Assembly (NCBI GenBank): GCA_049472335.1
Contig: JBLIRO010000056.1
Span: 1 to 33,242, forward strand
Length of the DNA: 33,242 nt
From: a bacterium
Lineage (GTDB): Bacteria > SZUA-182 > DTGQ01 > JAFGSM01
Reading direction: 5' to 3'
A program made the position numbers and the translations under genes. Within the stretch, counting starts at the first letter, position 1. Each line of letters opens with the position of its first letter. Shown here piece after piece: positions 1-8,638 of the stretch. The notes beneath the pieces were generated by a model. That model had not been told where the DNA came from. It worked only from the letters and a program-made list of their open reading frames with translations, and searched no databases.

Positions 1-204
1 ATTTTGCATAGCACGAAGGCATGCTTCAATATCACGGAGACTTTCACGATATGTTAATTGAGCAAAGGCCATACAAAGAAATTGATCTAAGCATGAAAAG
101 CTTTTTACTCTATAATTACCATTATAACGCTTTACACATTTTCGAAATTCATAAATTGGTAAATACTCCATTATTTGAGAAAATACGATTTGTCCTGTAT
201 TCAT
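1..204 (-). CDS. IS4-family transposase, N-terminal part (DUF4372-type N-terminus); continues beyond the left edge
   Basis: Manual translation from ATG at 204: MNTGQIVFSQIMEYLPIYEFRKCVKRYNGNYRVKSFSCLDQFLCMAFAQLTYRESLRDIEACLRAMQN. FSCLDQFLCMAFAQLTYRESLRDIE is the characteristic N-terminus of DUF4372-containing IS4 transposases. GAGAGG RBS upstream. Not in the ORF track. Confidence 0.9.
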   Translation of the reverse strand, partial: MNTGQIVFSQIMEYLPIYEFRKCVKRYNGNYRVKSFSCLDQFLCMAFAQLTYRESLRDIEACLRAMQN

Positions 205-345
205 TGGCCACCTCTCTCTAATTTTGAATATGATGGCCATATAGTATAAAGTGAAATTGAAATCGATAAAAGTCATTTTTATGTTTAACTTTTTGAATTT
301 ATAATAGTTGTACTGATTTATAATTAAGTTAATGGGACACTAGTG
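1..345 (-). mobile_element. IS4-family insertion sequence, left end
   Basis: Transposase start at 204 plus a terminal sequence reading 5'-CACTAGTGTCCCATTAAC on the minus strand (345 down to 328). This resembles the CACTAGTGTCC/GGACACTAGTG ends I associate with this IS4 subgroup. The boundary is uncertain by a few nt because the other end is outside the window. Confidence 0.7.
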
Positions 346-852
346 TCTACTAATAATAGATCATGTTTGCGGATATAAAAATACAGCATAACCAAAATGA
401 TTCTTAGAATGAACATCTTCTATTAATAAGTAACCAACCACCAACAGATGAAGTAGTTGTCGGCTTGTTGCTATCATTTGGATCAACAAAAGTTACTGTG
501 AAGGTCCCGGAGTTAAACCAAGGATTTATATCTTTATCCAGTATATTAGGAGGAGAAACTGCCAGAAACCAGATTGCTTCTTGATTTACATAGGGTACTG
601 TCTGGACCTATATCCGTTCTAAGAATAACTCCAAGACTTTCATATTGATTAGTAACTAAAGTTTCGCAGTAAAATTTAGTGTAACCAAAAGAGATTAATT
701 TATTGAAAATATTGGCATTTTAAGTTGAAAAGCAGCTCCAAATTTAGCATGCTTTACTTGTCCTAAGTAATTAAAAACACTAAATAAAAGGAACTGCCGT
801 GGATAACAATACATCATTTTCTCTATCATTGCAAAAAAGATTAGAAAACCGA

Positions 853-896
853 TTGACATATTTTAAAAAAAGTATTACTATTACTAAGTAATACTT
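853..896 (+). promoter_or_regulatory. sigma70 promoter with overlapping palindromic operator for the TA operon
   Basis: TTGACA (853-858), 17 bp, TACTAT (876-881). Perfect 10-bp inverted repeat AAGTATTACT (870-879)/AGTAATACTT (887-896) covers the -10. AGGAGG RBS at 905-910. Confidence 0.8.
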
Positions 897-916
897 ATAC
901 GACAAGGAGGGGTATT

Positions 917-1144
917 ATGAAAGTAACTACAAAGGGACAGGTTACAATACCTCAACACATAAGAGAGAAACTTGGGATAACCCCGAATACGGAAGTTGAT
1001 TTTGTCGAGGAAAAGGATCGAATATATCTGATCAAGAAATCCGAAAGAAATGGAAAAATGGGGAAATTCCACTCCTTCAGAGGTATCGCCACTGTAAAAA
1101 TGACAACGGACGAGATAATGGCCTTAACCAGAGGAGATGAATGA
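917..1144 (+). CDS. AbrB/MazE/SpoVT-family antitoxin (VapB-like)
   Basis: MKVTTKGQVTIPQHIREKLGI is the AbrB-fold signature. 75 aa, overlaps the PIN toxin gene. Confidence 0.92.
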   Translation: MKVTTKGQVTIPQHIREKLGITPNTEVDFVEEKDRIYLIKKSERNGKMGKFHSFRGIATVKMTTDEIMALTRGDE

Positions 1145-1554
1145 AGGGTGTTTTAATAGATTCAAATATCATTCTGGACCTTTTTGAAGATGATAAAAAA
1201 TGGGGGGACTGGTCTGAAGAAACACTTAATCACTATAGTTTGACTCATAAATTATATATAAATCCGATCATTTATTCCGAAGTTTCTATAGGATTTGCCC
1301 GCATAGAAGAATTGGAGAGAGCAATCGCAGATTGCGGCTTCCAATTGCTCCAAATTCCAAAAGAAGCGCTTTTCTTGGCTGGTAAGGCATTTGTGGCATA
1401 TAAAAAACGCAGAGGGATAAAATCCGCTCCATTACCGGATTTTTTTATTGGGGCGCATGCGGCAGTATTGGAGTTAAAATTAATGACACGAGATATTTCA
1501 AGGTTTATATCCTATTTCCCAACAGTTGATTTAATTACTCCAAAAAAATCTTGA
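1141..1554 (+). CDS. vapC: VapC-family PIN-domain toxin
   Basis: PIN acidic residues: LIDSNIILD, IYSEV, PLPDFFIGAHA, LMTRD. Coupled to the upstream antitoxin. Confidence 0.92.
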   Translation: MKGVLIDSNIILDLFEDDKKWGDWSEETLNHYSLTHKLYINPIIYSEVSIGFARIEELERAIADCGFQLLQIPKEALFLAGKAFVAYKKRRGIKSAPLPDFFIGAHAAVLELKLMTRDISRFISYFPTVDLITPKKS

Positions 1555-1556
1555 TA

Positions 1557-1789
1557 CTAAAGATCGTTTTCTTCTTTCCATTCGGATAGTCTCATATTAA
1601 TCAGGTCGTCAGGATCTCCTACAATACAATTATGGGGTTTAAGATTGGATAATTTACTTTTTTTTGTTCCAGCACAATTTTTAGTTTATGGCCTTTTCTC
1701 TCAATTTCAACAGGTACACTGGTTTCTATAATTTCATCCACTATTTTGAATAATTTGTTTCTTAATGATGTCAAAGAGATAACTCGCAT
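1557..1789 (-). pseudogene. Phd/YefM-family antitoxin, frameshifted at an A8 run, with no cognate toxin downstream
   Basis: From ATG 1789: MRVISLTSLRNKLFKIVDEIIETSVPVEIERKGHKLKIVLEQKK. Frame 0 ends at TAG 1619-1621. The family-like C-terminus SKLSNLKPHNCIVGDPDDLINMRLSEWKEENDL* (stop 1557-1559) lies in the -1 frame after the T8 tract at 1658-1665 (+ strand). GGGAGA RBS upstream. Confidence 0.8.
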
Positions 1790-2046
1790 TTGTCTTTCTC
1801 CCTAATCCCAAATTTTACTGACATATTCATATTGTTACAAATATACTGTATATATTGCAAGCATACCAAAGCATGCAAGCATTATTTTCAATTAGCTGGT
1901 TTACTTAGAATAAGTCCTTATTAGTGAAAATAGCAAGAAATGTCGAAGAAATAAACAGATTGCCTTTTGGTATTCCAGCCCTATTTGTGTTTACGCACTT
2001 TTGGGCTGGTGTTGAAGCAAGACAAAGAACTTTAAAAGGGGAACAG

Positions 2047-2433
2047 ATGTCAAAGGTACTCATTATTGAAGATATGTACGAGATAAGAATGATGATGCGG
2101 TCCTTTTTGAGCAGAAAAGGACATAACGTGACAGATGCAAAGGATGGGGACGAAGCCCTTCAGCTTATAAAAGAAGATCTTCCTGACATTATCATTACAG
2201 ATATGTTAATGCCCGGAAAAAACGGTTTTGAGACAATAAAGGAGATTCAGAAAAACGGATTGGATCTGCCCGTTATCTTAATAAGCGGGTATAATGATCC
2301 TATTTCTCAAAACAGGGCCATTGAACTGGGGATAACAAAGATATTAACAAAGCCTTTTCAAGCCCGGGAGCTAATAGACGCAGTTGAACATTCGCTAAAA
2401 GAAGGCAAACCTAAATCTGTAGTCTATTCATAA
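2047..2433 (+). CDS. Single-domain response regulator receiver (CheY-like)
   Basis: KVLIIED...PDIIITDMLMPGKNG...ILISG...LTKPF. The ATG at 2047, after AAGGGG, is preferred to the GTG at 1924. Confidence 0.9.
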   Translation: MSKVLIIEDMYEIRMMMRSFLSRKGHNVTDAKDGDEALQLIKEDLPDIIITDMLMPGKNGFETIKEIQKNGLDLPVILISGYNDPISQNRAIELGITKILTKPFQARELIDAVEHSLKEGKPKSVVYS

Positions 2434-2545
2434 TCTTAATTTCTGCTTCACTCAAAACAATTTTGACGATAAGCATCATTTCAACTATACTACCAACCTA
2501 CATAAATAAATAGAACATCATAATACCATCCAGGAGTAAATTACA

Positions 2546-3580
2546 ATGAATTTAAAAAATATTATGGCCGTCACTATGGGTGATCCCTATGGAATAGGTC
2601 CCGAGGTGATTGTAAAGGCCATCTATGAAGAAAAAAAGCACGATGATATCCTGATTGTCGGGGATTATGCGGTCATAAAAAGGGCAAAGGATCTTTTTGC
2701 CCCAGGGATAGGATTTTATCCGGTTAAAGACATTGAGGATATTGATTTTGCATCTGCCGGAGTGCCAGTGATAGATCTTGATAAAATTTCACTCGATGAT
2801 GGATTGAAAGGCAGAGGCCCAACAGCGGAGGGGGGCAGGATTTCTATACATTTTATACGTTATGCGGTGGAATTGACATTAAAGGGCAGGGTGGCCGCGG
2901 TCATTACGGGTCCCATATCAAAGGAAGCCATTCATATGGCGGGATATCCCTATGCCGGGCACACGGAGTTTCTTGCAGAGCTGACTAAAACGGAGCGGTT
3001 TGCGATGATGTTGGTTGGCGGACCCCTAAGGGTCATTTTAGTGACAACTCACTGTTCCCTTTCTTCTGTCCCCAGGATAATTAATAAGGAGAGAATTTAT
3101 AATGTCCTTAGGCTGAGCCATGAATGGTGGAAAAGGTTTTTGGGCTATTCACCAAGGCTGGCAGTAGCTGCGCTGAATCCTCATGGCAGTGAAGGCGGAA
3201 TCTTTGGTAATGAGGAAGAGCTTTATATAATACCTGCCATTGAGCTTGCAAGGGAAGAGGGCATAATAGTTACCGGCCCCTATCCCGCTGACACACTCTT
3301 TTATCATGCCAGAGACGGCAGGTATGATGCTGTTGTGGTAATGTATCATGATCAGGGATTAATCCCTCTGAAGATGATCTCTTTTGGTAAAGGGGTAAAC
3401 TGTACACTGGGATTGCCCATTATCAGGACCTCCGTGGATCATGGTACTGGATTTGATATAGCATGGAAGGGGCGGGCAGATCCATCCAGCCTAAAAGAGG
3501 CCATCGGAATGGCAAGGAACCTTGTTCATCGGAAGTGGGGCTTGGAAGATGGTAAAAAGGCCAATAGAAACATTGTTTAA
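2546..3580 (+). CDS. pdxA: 4-hydroxythreonine-4-phosphate dehydrogenase PdxA
   Basis: TMGDPYGIGPE, GHTEFLA, NPHGSEGG, MYHDQG, GLPIIRTSVDHGTGFDIA. Classic pdxA-rsmA order. Confidence 0.95.
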   Translation: MNLKNIMAVTMGDPYGIGPEVIVKAIYEEKKHDDILIVGDYAVIKRAKDLFAPGIGFYPVKDIEDIDFASAGVPVIDLDKISLDDGLKGRGPTAEGGRISIHFIRYAVELTLKGRVAAVITGPISKEAIHMAGYPYAGHTEFLAELTKTERFAMMLVGGPLRVILVTTHCSLSSVPRIINKERIYNVLRLSHEWWKRFLGYSPRLAVAALNPHGSEGGIFGNEEELYIIPAIELAREEGIIVTGPYPADTLFYHARDGRYDAVVVMYHDQGLIPLKMISFGKGVNCTLGLPIIRTSVDHGTGFDIAWKGRADPSSLKEAIGMARNLVHRKWGLEDGKKANRNIV

Positions 3581-4382
3581 AACCCGCCCTGACAGAGGGC
3601 AGCATTTTTTACAGGATAGTTCTTATGTCCACAGGATATTGAATTTAGCCCTGCTTGAGCCAATGGATGAAGTAATCGAGATCGGCTCCGGGTTAGGCGC
3701 GCTTACGATCCCGCTAACCAAAAAGGTATCCCGGGTTGTTGCAATCGAGTGGGACAACAGATTGGTGAAATATTTGAAAGACCGTCTTTCAAATGACATT
3801 GATCATGTGATGATAATTAAGGCGGATGTGATGAGCATAGATTTTAAACAAATATGTAAAGGTTTCTCCGGCCCCCCCGTTGTAATAGGAAATCTCCCCT
3901 ATTATCTGGCAACCGCGCTTATTCAGCGACTGCTGCTTCTGGATTGTCAATTTAGCAGAATGGTTTTCATGCTACAGAAAGAGGTGGCGGAACGTATCGT
4001 CGCAAAACCGGGAACAAAGGCATATGGATATCTTAGCCTGATGGTGGAATATTTTGCTGAGGCTGAAAGTTTGTTCGAAATACCTCCCAGTGTTTTCAAA
4101 CCTCAACCTAAGGTGCAATCTAGCGTTGTACGTCTTATTCTAAGATCCGAACCTCCTGTAAAGGTGATAAAAGAAACAAATTTTTTTCAATTGATCAAGT
4201 CCGGATTCAAGCATAGACGAAAGACCCTGATCAATGCATTGAAACTGGACCCGCAACTTTCATCTGAGGAAATTGAAGAAACTTGTAAAAATACGGGTTT
4301 TGAAAGAAAGGTGAGAGCGGAAGCCTTGACCCTTGAAGATTTTGCCCGTCTTAGCAATGCCTTGGTTTCCCGGAGCCTTTAG
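3549..4382 (+). CDS. rsmA: 16S rRNA m6,2A dimethyltransferase RsmA/KsgA
   Basis: GQHFL, EIGSGLG, GNLPYY, MLQKEVAERI, FKPQPKVQS, RRKTLINAL. Start placed at ATG 3549. Confidence 0.95.
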   Translation: MVKRPIETLFKTRPDRGQHFLQDSSYVHRILNLALLEPMDEVIEIGSGLGALTIPLTKKVSRVVAIEWDNRLVKYLKDRLSNDIDHVMIIKADVMSIDFKQICKGFSGPPVVIGNLPYYLATALIQRLLLLDCQFSRMVFMLQKEVAERIVAKPGTKAYGYLSLMVEYFAEAESLFEIPPSVFKPQPKVQSSVVRLILRSEPPVKVIKETNFFQLIKSGFKHRRKTLINALKLDPQLSSEEIEETCKNTGFERKVRAEALTLEDFARLSNALVSRSL

Positions 4383-5230
4383 TTATTATGGATGTCTTTA
4401 TTGTTAATAACCCATTTGCCGTTCTTTTGAGAAGGAGACTTTATCTTAATGACCCTTCCTTCCGAGAGCTCTAGATGAACCAATTGATTTAGTATATCCA
4501 GTGAACAAACCTTGCCCTCTTCCCCGTTGAACTCTATACGATCTCCAATTTTAGGAAGTTTCCCTTTCATTTCGAGATAAACGTTATGTTCAAAGCCTAA
4601 GCAGCACATTAACCGTCCGCAAATCCCCGATATCTTGTTTGGGTTCAGGGTCAGACTTTGATCTTTAGCCATCTTGATAGAGACAGGATCAAAGTCCCTC
4701 AGGAATTGGGTACAGCATAATTCCCGGCCGCAGCAGCCAATTCCGCCGATTATCTTGGCTTCATCCCTAACCCCTATCTGTCTCATTTCGATACGTGTCT
4801 TGAATTCATTTGCTAAATCCTTGACAAGATCACGAAAATCGATTCTACCTTCCGCAGTGAAATAAAATATGGCCTTGTTGCCGTCAAATGTATAATTTAC
4901 TTGAATTAATTTCATTGGGAGGTTTCGTTCCTGAATCTTTTTCTCACAAATAGACTTTGCCCTTTGTCCTATTTCCCGGTTTCGCATTATTTGTTCTATG
5001 TCCTGGCTGGTTGCAACTCGTATTACCTTCCTGAGAGGCTTCTTGGTAGGTTTTTTGGGGACATATTGGACAGTTCGGGCAACGCATCCGCACTCAAGCC
5101 CTTTATCAATCTCAACTATGCACCAATCATAAAGCTTCAGTTCTATGCCATTAGCATTATAATCATAGATTTTCCCTATTTTTTCAAATTTTATACCTAC
5201 AATATCCAGCATTTGAGGAATATTTTTCAT
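4379..5230 (-). CDS. ricT: PSP1-domain protein (RicT/YaaT family)
   Basis: FYFTAEGRIDFRDLVKDLA, RIEMRQIGVRDEAK, GCCGRELCC, KMAKDQ, ISGICGRLMCCL. Directly downstream of holB, as is usual. Start is 5230 or 5212. Confidence 0.9.
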   Translation of the reverse strand: MKNIPQMLDIVGIKFEKIGKIYDYNANGIELKLYDWCIVEIDKGLECGCVARTVQYVPKKPTKKPLRKVIRVATSQDIEQIMRNREIGQRAKSICEKKIQERNLPMKLIQVNYTFDGNKAIFYFTAEGRIDFRDLVKDLANEFKTRIEMRQIGVRDEAKIIGGIGCCGRELCCTQFLRDFDPVSIKMAKDQSLTLNPNKISGICGRLMCCLGFEHNVYLEMKGKLPKIGDRIEFNGEEGKVCSLDILNQLVHLELSEGRVIKIKSPSQKNGKWVINNKDIHNN

Positions 5231-5352
5231 GTCTGCACCATCTTTTATATTATATACGGAATTTTTATAATTAATTAAGTGTTCACGTTGCATAATACTC
5301 TTTTCAACCCTCAGACTTCCTTCCTATAATATTTTAATCGACAAAAAGGCCC

Positions 5353-6315
5353 TTAAAAGGATATATTATCCCATTGCAATAAAAGAGAATCAATCGCCAT
5401 TTTTGGGTTTGCATTCTTCTCGACAGCCGCCATTGTTTGAAGAATAAGATTGATCCTGGATATAACGAGTGATCGTGTATTTTTCCTGGCTTCTTTTTTC
5501 ACTTCATTTAACATGTCCTGATTGGTCAGCATAGATCCTTCGATCCCGAATTGTAATAGAATTACATCCCTCCACCAGTGAGCAATTATCTCCAGGGCAT
5601 CCATAACTGATTCCTTATTCGTCTGAGGGAATGATCTTTCATCAGAAGAATCTGAGCTGATGAATTGCCTCCATTGCTCTCTTGTATGAATAAGATTATT
5701 AAGATCAATGGCAAGACCCCTGGAAAGCTGCCCTTTAGAGAGATTATAGATTAATGCTGCCTGAGATTCTGTTAATTGATTATGTTTCATTATTATTCGA
5801 ATAAAGTCCGATCGGGCCAGTGGAGAGAATCTCAGGATCTGGCATCTGGAAACAATAGTTGACAAAATATCCCTGGCCTCGACTGTGATAAGACAAATAA
5901 GCGTGTCCTCCGGTGGCTCTTCAAGTATTTTGAGGATTGAATTAGCTGCTGAAGTGCTTACCTTTTCTGCCTGATCGATGATAGTAGTCCTCCATGAACC
6001 CGAATAACTTCTGAATTCAAGACTTTTTTGCCAATCACGCAACTGCTCTATTTTGATGGAATTGCCCTCCGGCCGGATAATTGTTACATCCGGATGATTA
6101 TCCTGATTTATCCTATGGCATGATGCGCACTGGTCACAGTAGTCATTTTCCGATTTTTCGCAAAGAAGGGTCTTTGCAAGGCCAAAAGCAGTCAGTTTTT
6201 TTCCTATCCCGCCAGGTCCGGTAAAAAGAAGTGCATGGGGCAAACGGCCCTGAACGATTAACTGTTGGAGCATCCCTATATTTTTTGAATGCCCGATAAT
6301 ATCTGTGAAAGGCAT
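5353..6315 (-). CDS. holB: DNA polymerase III subunit delta'
   Basis: HALLFTGPGGIGK, Zn cluster C...CDQCASC, HPDV, ANSILKILEEPP, TIVSRCQ. Confidence 0.92.
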   Translation of the reverse strand: MPFTDIIGHSKNIGMLQQLIVQGRLPHALLFTGPGGIGKKLTAFGLAKTLLCEKSENDYCDQCASCHRINQDNHPDVTIIRPEGNSIKIEQLRDWQKSLEFRSYSGSWRTTIIDQAEKVSTSAANSILKILEEPPEDTLICLITVEARDILSTIVSRCQILRFSPLARSDFIRIIMKHNQLTESQAALIYNLSKGQLSRGLAIDLNNLIHTREQWRQFISSDSSDERSFPQTNKESVMDALEIIAHWWRDVILLQFGIEGSMLTNQDMLNEVKKEARKNTRSLVISRINLILQTMAAVEKNANPKMAIDSLLLQWDNISF

Positions 6316-6324
6316 TACATCACA

Positions 6325-6816
6325 CTATCCTTGGCCGCACTCTGCAGGGTCGCCTCTGAGCTTAGCCAGGGCATGTGGAATGGCCGGGAGTATGGCATAA
6401 AGTCCCTCCTTAGCCCCTTTTGGACTTCCAGGCAGGTTAATGATCAATGTCTTTCCTCTGACACCACTCACCCCTCTTGAGATCATTGAATGAGGGGTGG
6501 ACTTAAGTCCCATGATTCTTATGGCCTCAGAAAAGCCAGGCGCCTCTTTTTCAATAACTCCAATTGTGGCTTCAGGTGTTACATCTCTTGGGGAAAGGCC
6601 TGTGCCGCCAGTAGTTAGTAATAAATCCAGGTTATGCTTATCGCATAACTCAATAATCGTTGTCTTAATCTGATCCTGGTCATCAGGAATAACTTTCATT
6701 GATGTTACAATCAGACCGGCCTTTTCAAGGTGTTCCTTTAATGCCGGACCACTTTTATCCTCTCTGGTTCCCGATGCGCCTTTATCGCTTATTGTTATAA
6801 TTCCCACTTTATACAT
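6325..6816 (-). CDS. mog: Molybdopterin adenylyltransferase (MogA/MoaB family)
   Basis: ITISDKG...REDKSGP, TTGGTGLSPRDVTPEAT, SRGVSG, INLPGSPKG. Start probably MYKVG at 6816. Confidence 0.92.
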   Translation of the reverse strand: MYKVGIITISDKGASGTREDKSGPALKEHLEKAGLIVTSMKVIPDDQDQIKTTIIELCDKHNLDLLLTTGGTGLSPRDVTPEATIGVIEKEAPGFSEAIRIMGLKSTPHSMISRGVSGVRGKTLIINLPGSPKGAKEGLYAILPAIPHALAKLRGDPAECGQG

Positions 6817-6868
6817 AAAGCTATAAAGTATCATAATTTACTAATAGAGTAAAGTAAAAAAGCAAAAC

Positions 6869-6946
6869 AAAGTGTCTAAAGTGATAACTCCCTAAAGTTT
6901 TTAAAAGAATGACGCTAAAGTGTCTAAAGTCTCAATTGCCCAAGGT
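6869..6946. repeat. Degenerate 48-bp tandem duplication with an exact 14-bp core AAAGTGTCTAAAGT
   Basis: Exact copies at 6869-6882 and 6917-6930. CCTAAAGT (6891) and CCCAAGGT (6939) keep the same 48-bp offset. Confidence 0.75.
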
Positions 6947-6972
6947 TAAGTAAACAATTTCTAAAAAAAATA

Positions 6973-6989
6973 TTGGCACATCTGCTGCA
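6973..6989 (+). promoter_or_regulatory. Putative sigma54 (-24/-12) promoter
   Basis: TTGGCACATCTGCTGCA has the GG-N10-GC spacing and TGGCAC core of the RpoN consensus YTGGCACGNNNNTTGCW. Confidence 0.6.
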
Positions 6990-7229
6990 GAATTTAATCC
7001 AACTCGTAAATCTCATTTAACAACACAATTCAAAATCACATGGAACATAAAATAAAAAAAGTATTTACAGGGGCCACACATTTGCACATAAGGCATTTTG
7101 TGTCTTTTTAACATAATTTACACAAGAAGTGGGGTGCGAAGGGAAAAAATATAAATTATTTCGTCTATTAGAGCAGAAGAGAAAACGTTGATTGTTGATC
7201 ATAACTGCCATATCAAGGAGGTGATATTA

Positions 7230-7325
7230 ATGAGCTCAAAAACTGGAATACGAGCGGGAACCTTTCCCATCAGTGTAGTAAACTACCCGGTCGAGAACTA
7301 CCCGCCGGTCCTTCAAGAGCCGTGA
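7230..7325 (+). CDS. Small 31-aa peptide MSSKTGIRAGTFPISVVNYPVENYPPVLQEP
   Basis: Near-full Shine-Dalgarno AAGGAGGTGA (7215-7224) lies 5 nt before the ATG. The ORF is GC-richer than its flanks and falls below the ORF-track cutoff. Confidence 0.6.
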   Translation: MSSKTGIRAGTFPISVVNYPVENYPPVLQEP

Positions 7326-7427
7326 GATCTGGAATTTTGTGGAATCAAGTGATCTATAACATATAATGCTCTGGTTTGCCAAAATTAGATATTATATATG
7401 CCAATAGCGTCTCCTTTTACATCTCTT

Positions 7428-8384
7428 TTACGTTTTAAGAATATTCAGGATCTTCTGAATTGACATGGGAGGTGGTGAATGAAACTCCATATATTTTCCG
7501 GAGCAGGGATGGTTAAAGCCTAATGAATGTGCGTGAAGGGCCTGACCGGTCAAACCGGCAATGGCTGATTTAAGCTTTAACGGACAATCTTTAGGAATTT
7601 TGCCACGGCCATATACCTTGTCTCCGACTACCGGGTAGCCAAGGTGAGACATGTGCACCCTTATCTGATGAGTTCTTCCTGTTTGAAGTCTGAGTTCCAT
7701 CCATGTAAAATGTGAAAAACGTTCTTTAACCCTCCAATTTGTTATTGCATCTCTCCCTGTCCGGACATTAATTGACATCTTTTGCCTGTAAACAGGATGA
7801 CGTCCTATGAGGGTATGAATTTGTCCCTCATCTTCAGGAAAAATGCCGTGGACTAGAGCCAGATAGACACGCTGCACCTGTTTTTTCTTTAATTGGGAAG
7901 ATAGAGAAATATGTGCCCATTCTGTCTTGGCAACAGCCAAAAGCCCTGATGTATCCTTGTCGAGCCTGTGGACAATCCCTGGCCTTTTTTTCCCTCCAAT
8001 GCCTGCTAAATCAGGGCAGTGATGGAGTAAAGCGTTGACAAGGGTATGGCTTGAATGGCCCGCCCCTGGATGGACAACCATCCCCGCTGGTTTATTTATT
8101 ATCAGCAATGAATCATCCTCATAGATAATGTCCAGTGCTATTTTTTCCGGTTCTATTTCTAAAGGTTCCGGTTCCGGAATGGTTATTTCAATGATTTCTC
8201 CAATTCTTAGAATATGGCTGGGTGCGGAGACATGTCCTCCTATTTTAACAAATCCTTCTTCGATGAGCCTCTTCCACTGACTTCTGGAAATCCTGAAAGG
8301 CAATTGCGCTAGACAGATATCCAGTCTTTTCCCTGCCTTGTCTTTAGAAACAGTCCAGATTGTCGTATTTTTTCCCTGAGGCAT
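7428..8384 (-). CDS. rluD: RluA/RluD-family 23S rRNA pseudouridine synthase with S4 domain
   Basis: RLDICL, INKPAGMVVHPG, GIVHRLDKDTSG, TGRTHQIRVH, GDKVYG, QALHA. Start probably ATG 8384. Confidence 0.92.
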   Translation of the reverse strand: MPQGKNTTIWTVSKDKAGKRLDICLAQLPFRISRSQWKRLIEEGFVKIGGHVSAPSHILRIGEIIEITIPEPEPLEIEPEKIALDIIYEDDSLLIINKPAGMVVHPGAGHSSHTLVNALLHHCPDLAGIGGKKRPGIVHRLDKDTSGLLAVAKTEWAHISLSSQLKKKQVQRVYLALVHGIFPEDEGQIHTLIGRHPVYRQKMSINVRTGRDAITNWRVKERFSHFTWMELRLQTGRTHQIRVHMSHLGYPVVGDKVYGRGKIPKDCPLKLKSAIAGLTGQALHAHSLGFNHPCSGKYMEFHSPPPMSIQKILNILKT

Positions 8385-8638
8385 TTTTTTGTTCAAGAAA
8401 TATTTTATTTGTCCTGAATATCTTTTCAATTACAAAATATAGATTAAAAAGGAATTTTTTCTTGTATGAACATGTTATTAGAGTATAATAGTAAGATGGT
8501 TATTCTGCAATGAGGAATAGCTGTATCAGCGATTATATGTTTCAAACGGCCACAAATTGATTTGAGTGTAACCGGAATAATACAGAAGCTTTTCCAATAT
8601 ATGATGCTTTATATTAATAGTTGATGGATTTTGAATAA

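Noticed and set aside
21..221. 66-aa plus-strand ORF from the track
   Set aside because: Antisense shadow of the IS4 transposase on the minus strand.
404..643. Minus-strand frame with a single in-frame TAG at 608-610 (MKVLELFLERI*VQTVPYVNQEAIWF...)
   Set aside because: Considered amber read-through or a pseudogene, but there is no recognisable family or RBS, and TAG serves as a normal stop elsewhere in the window.
798..806. DnaA-box-like TTATCCACG on the minus strand
   Set aside because: Single mismatched copy with no cluster or origin context.
1924..2046. 41-aa N-terminal extension of the response regulator
   Set aside because: The receiver fold starts at Met 2047, which has its own RBS. 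The extension looks like open 5' UTR.
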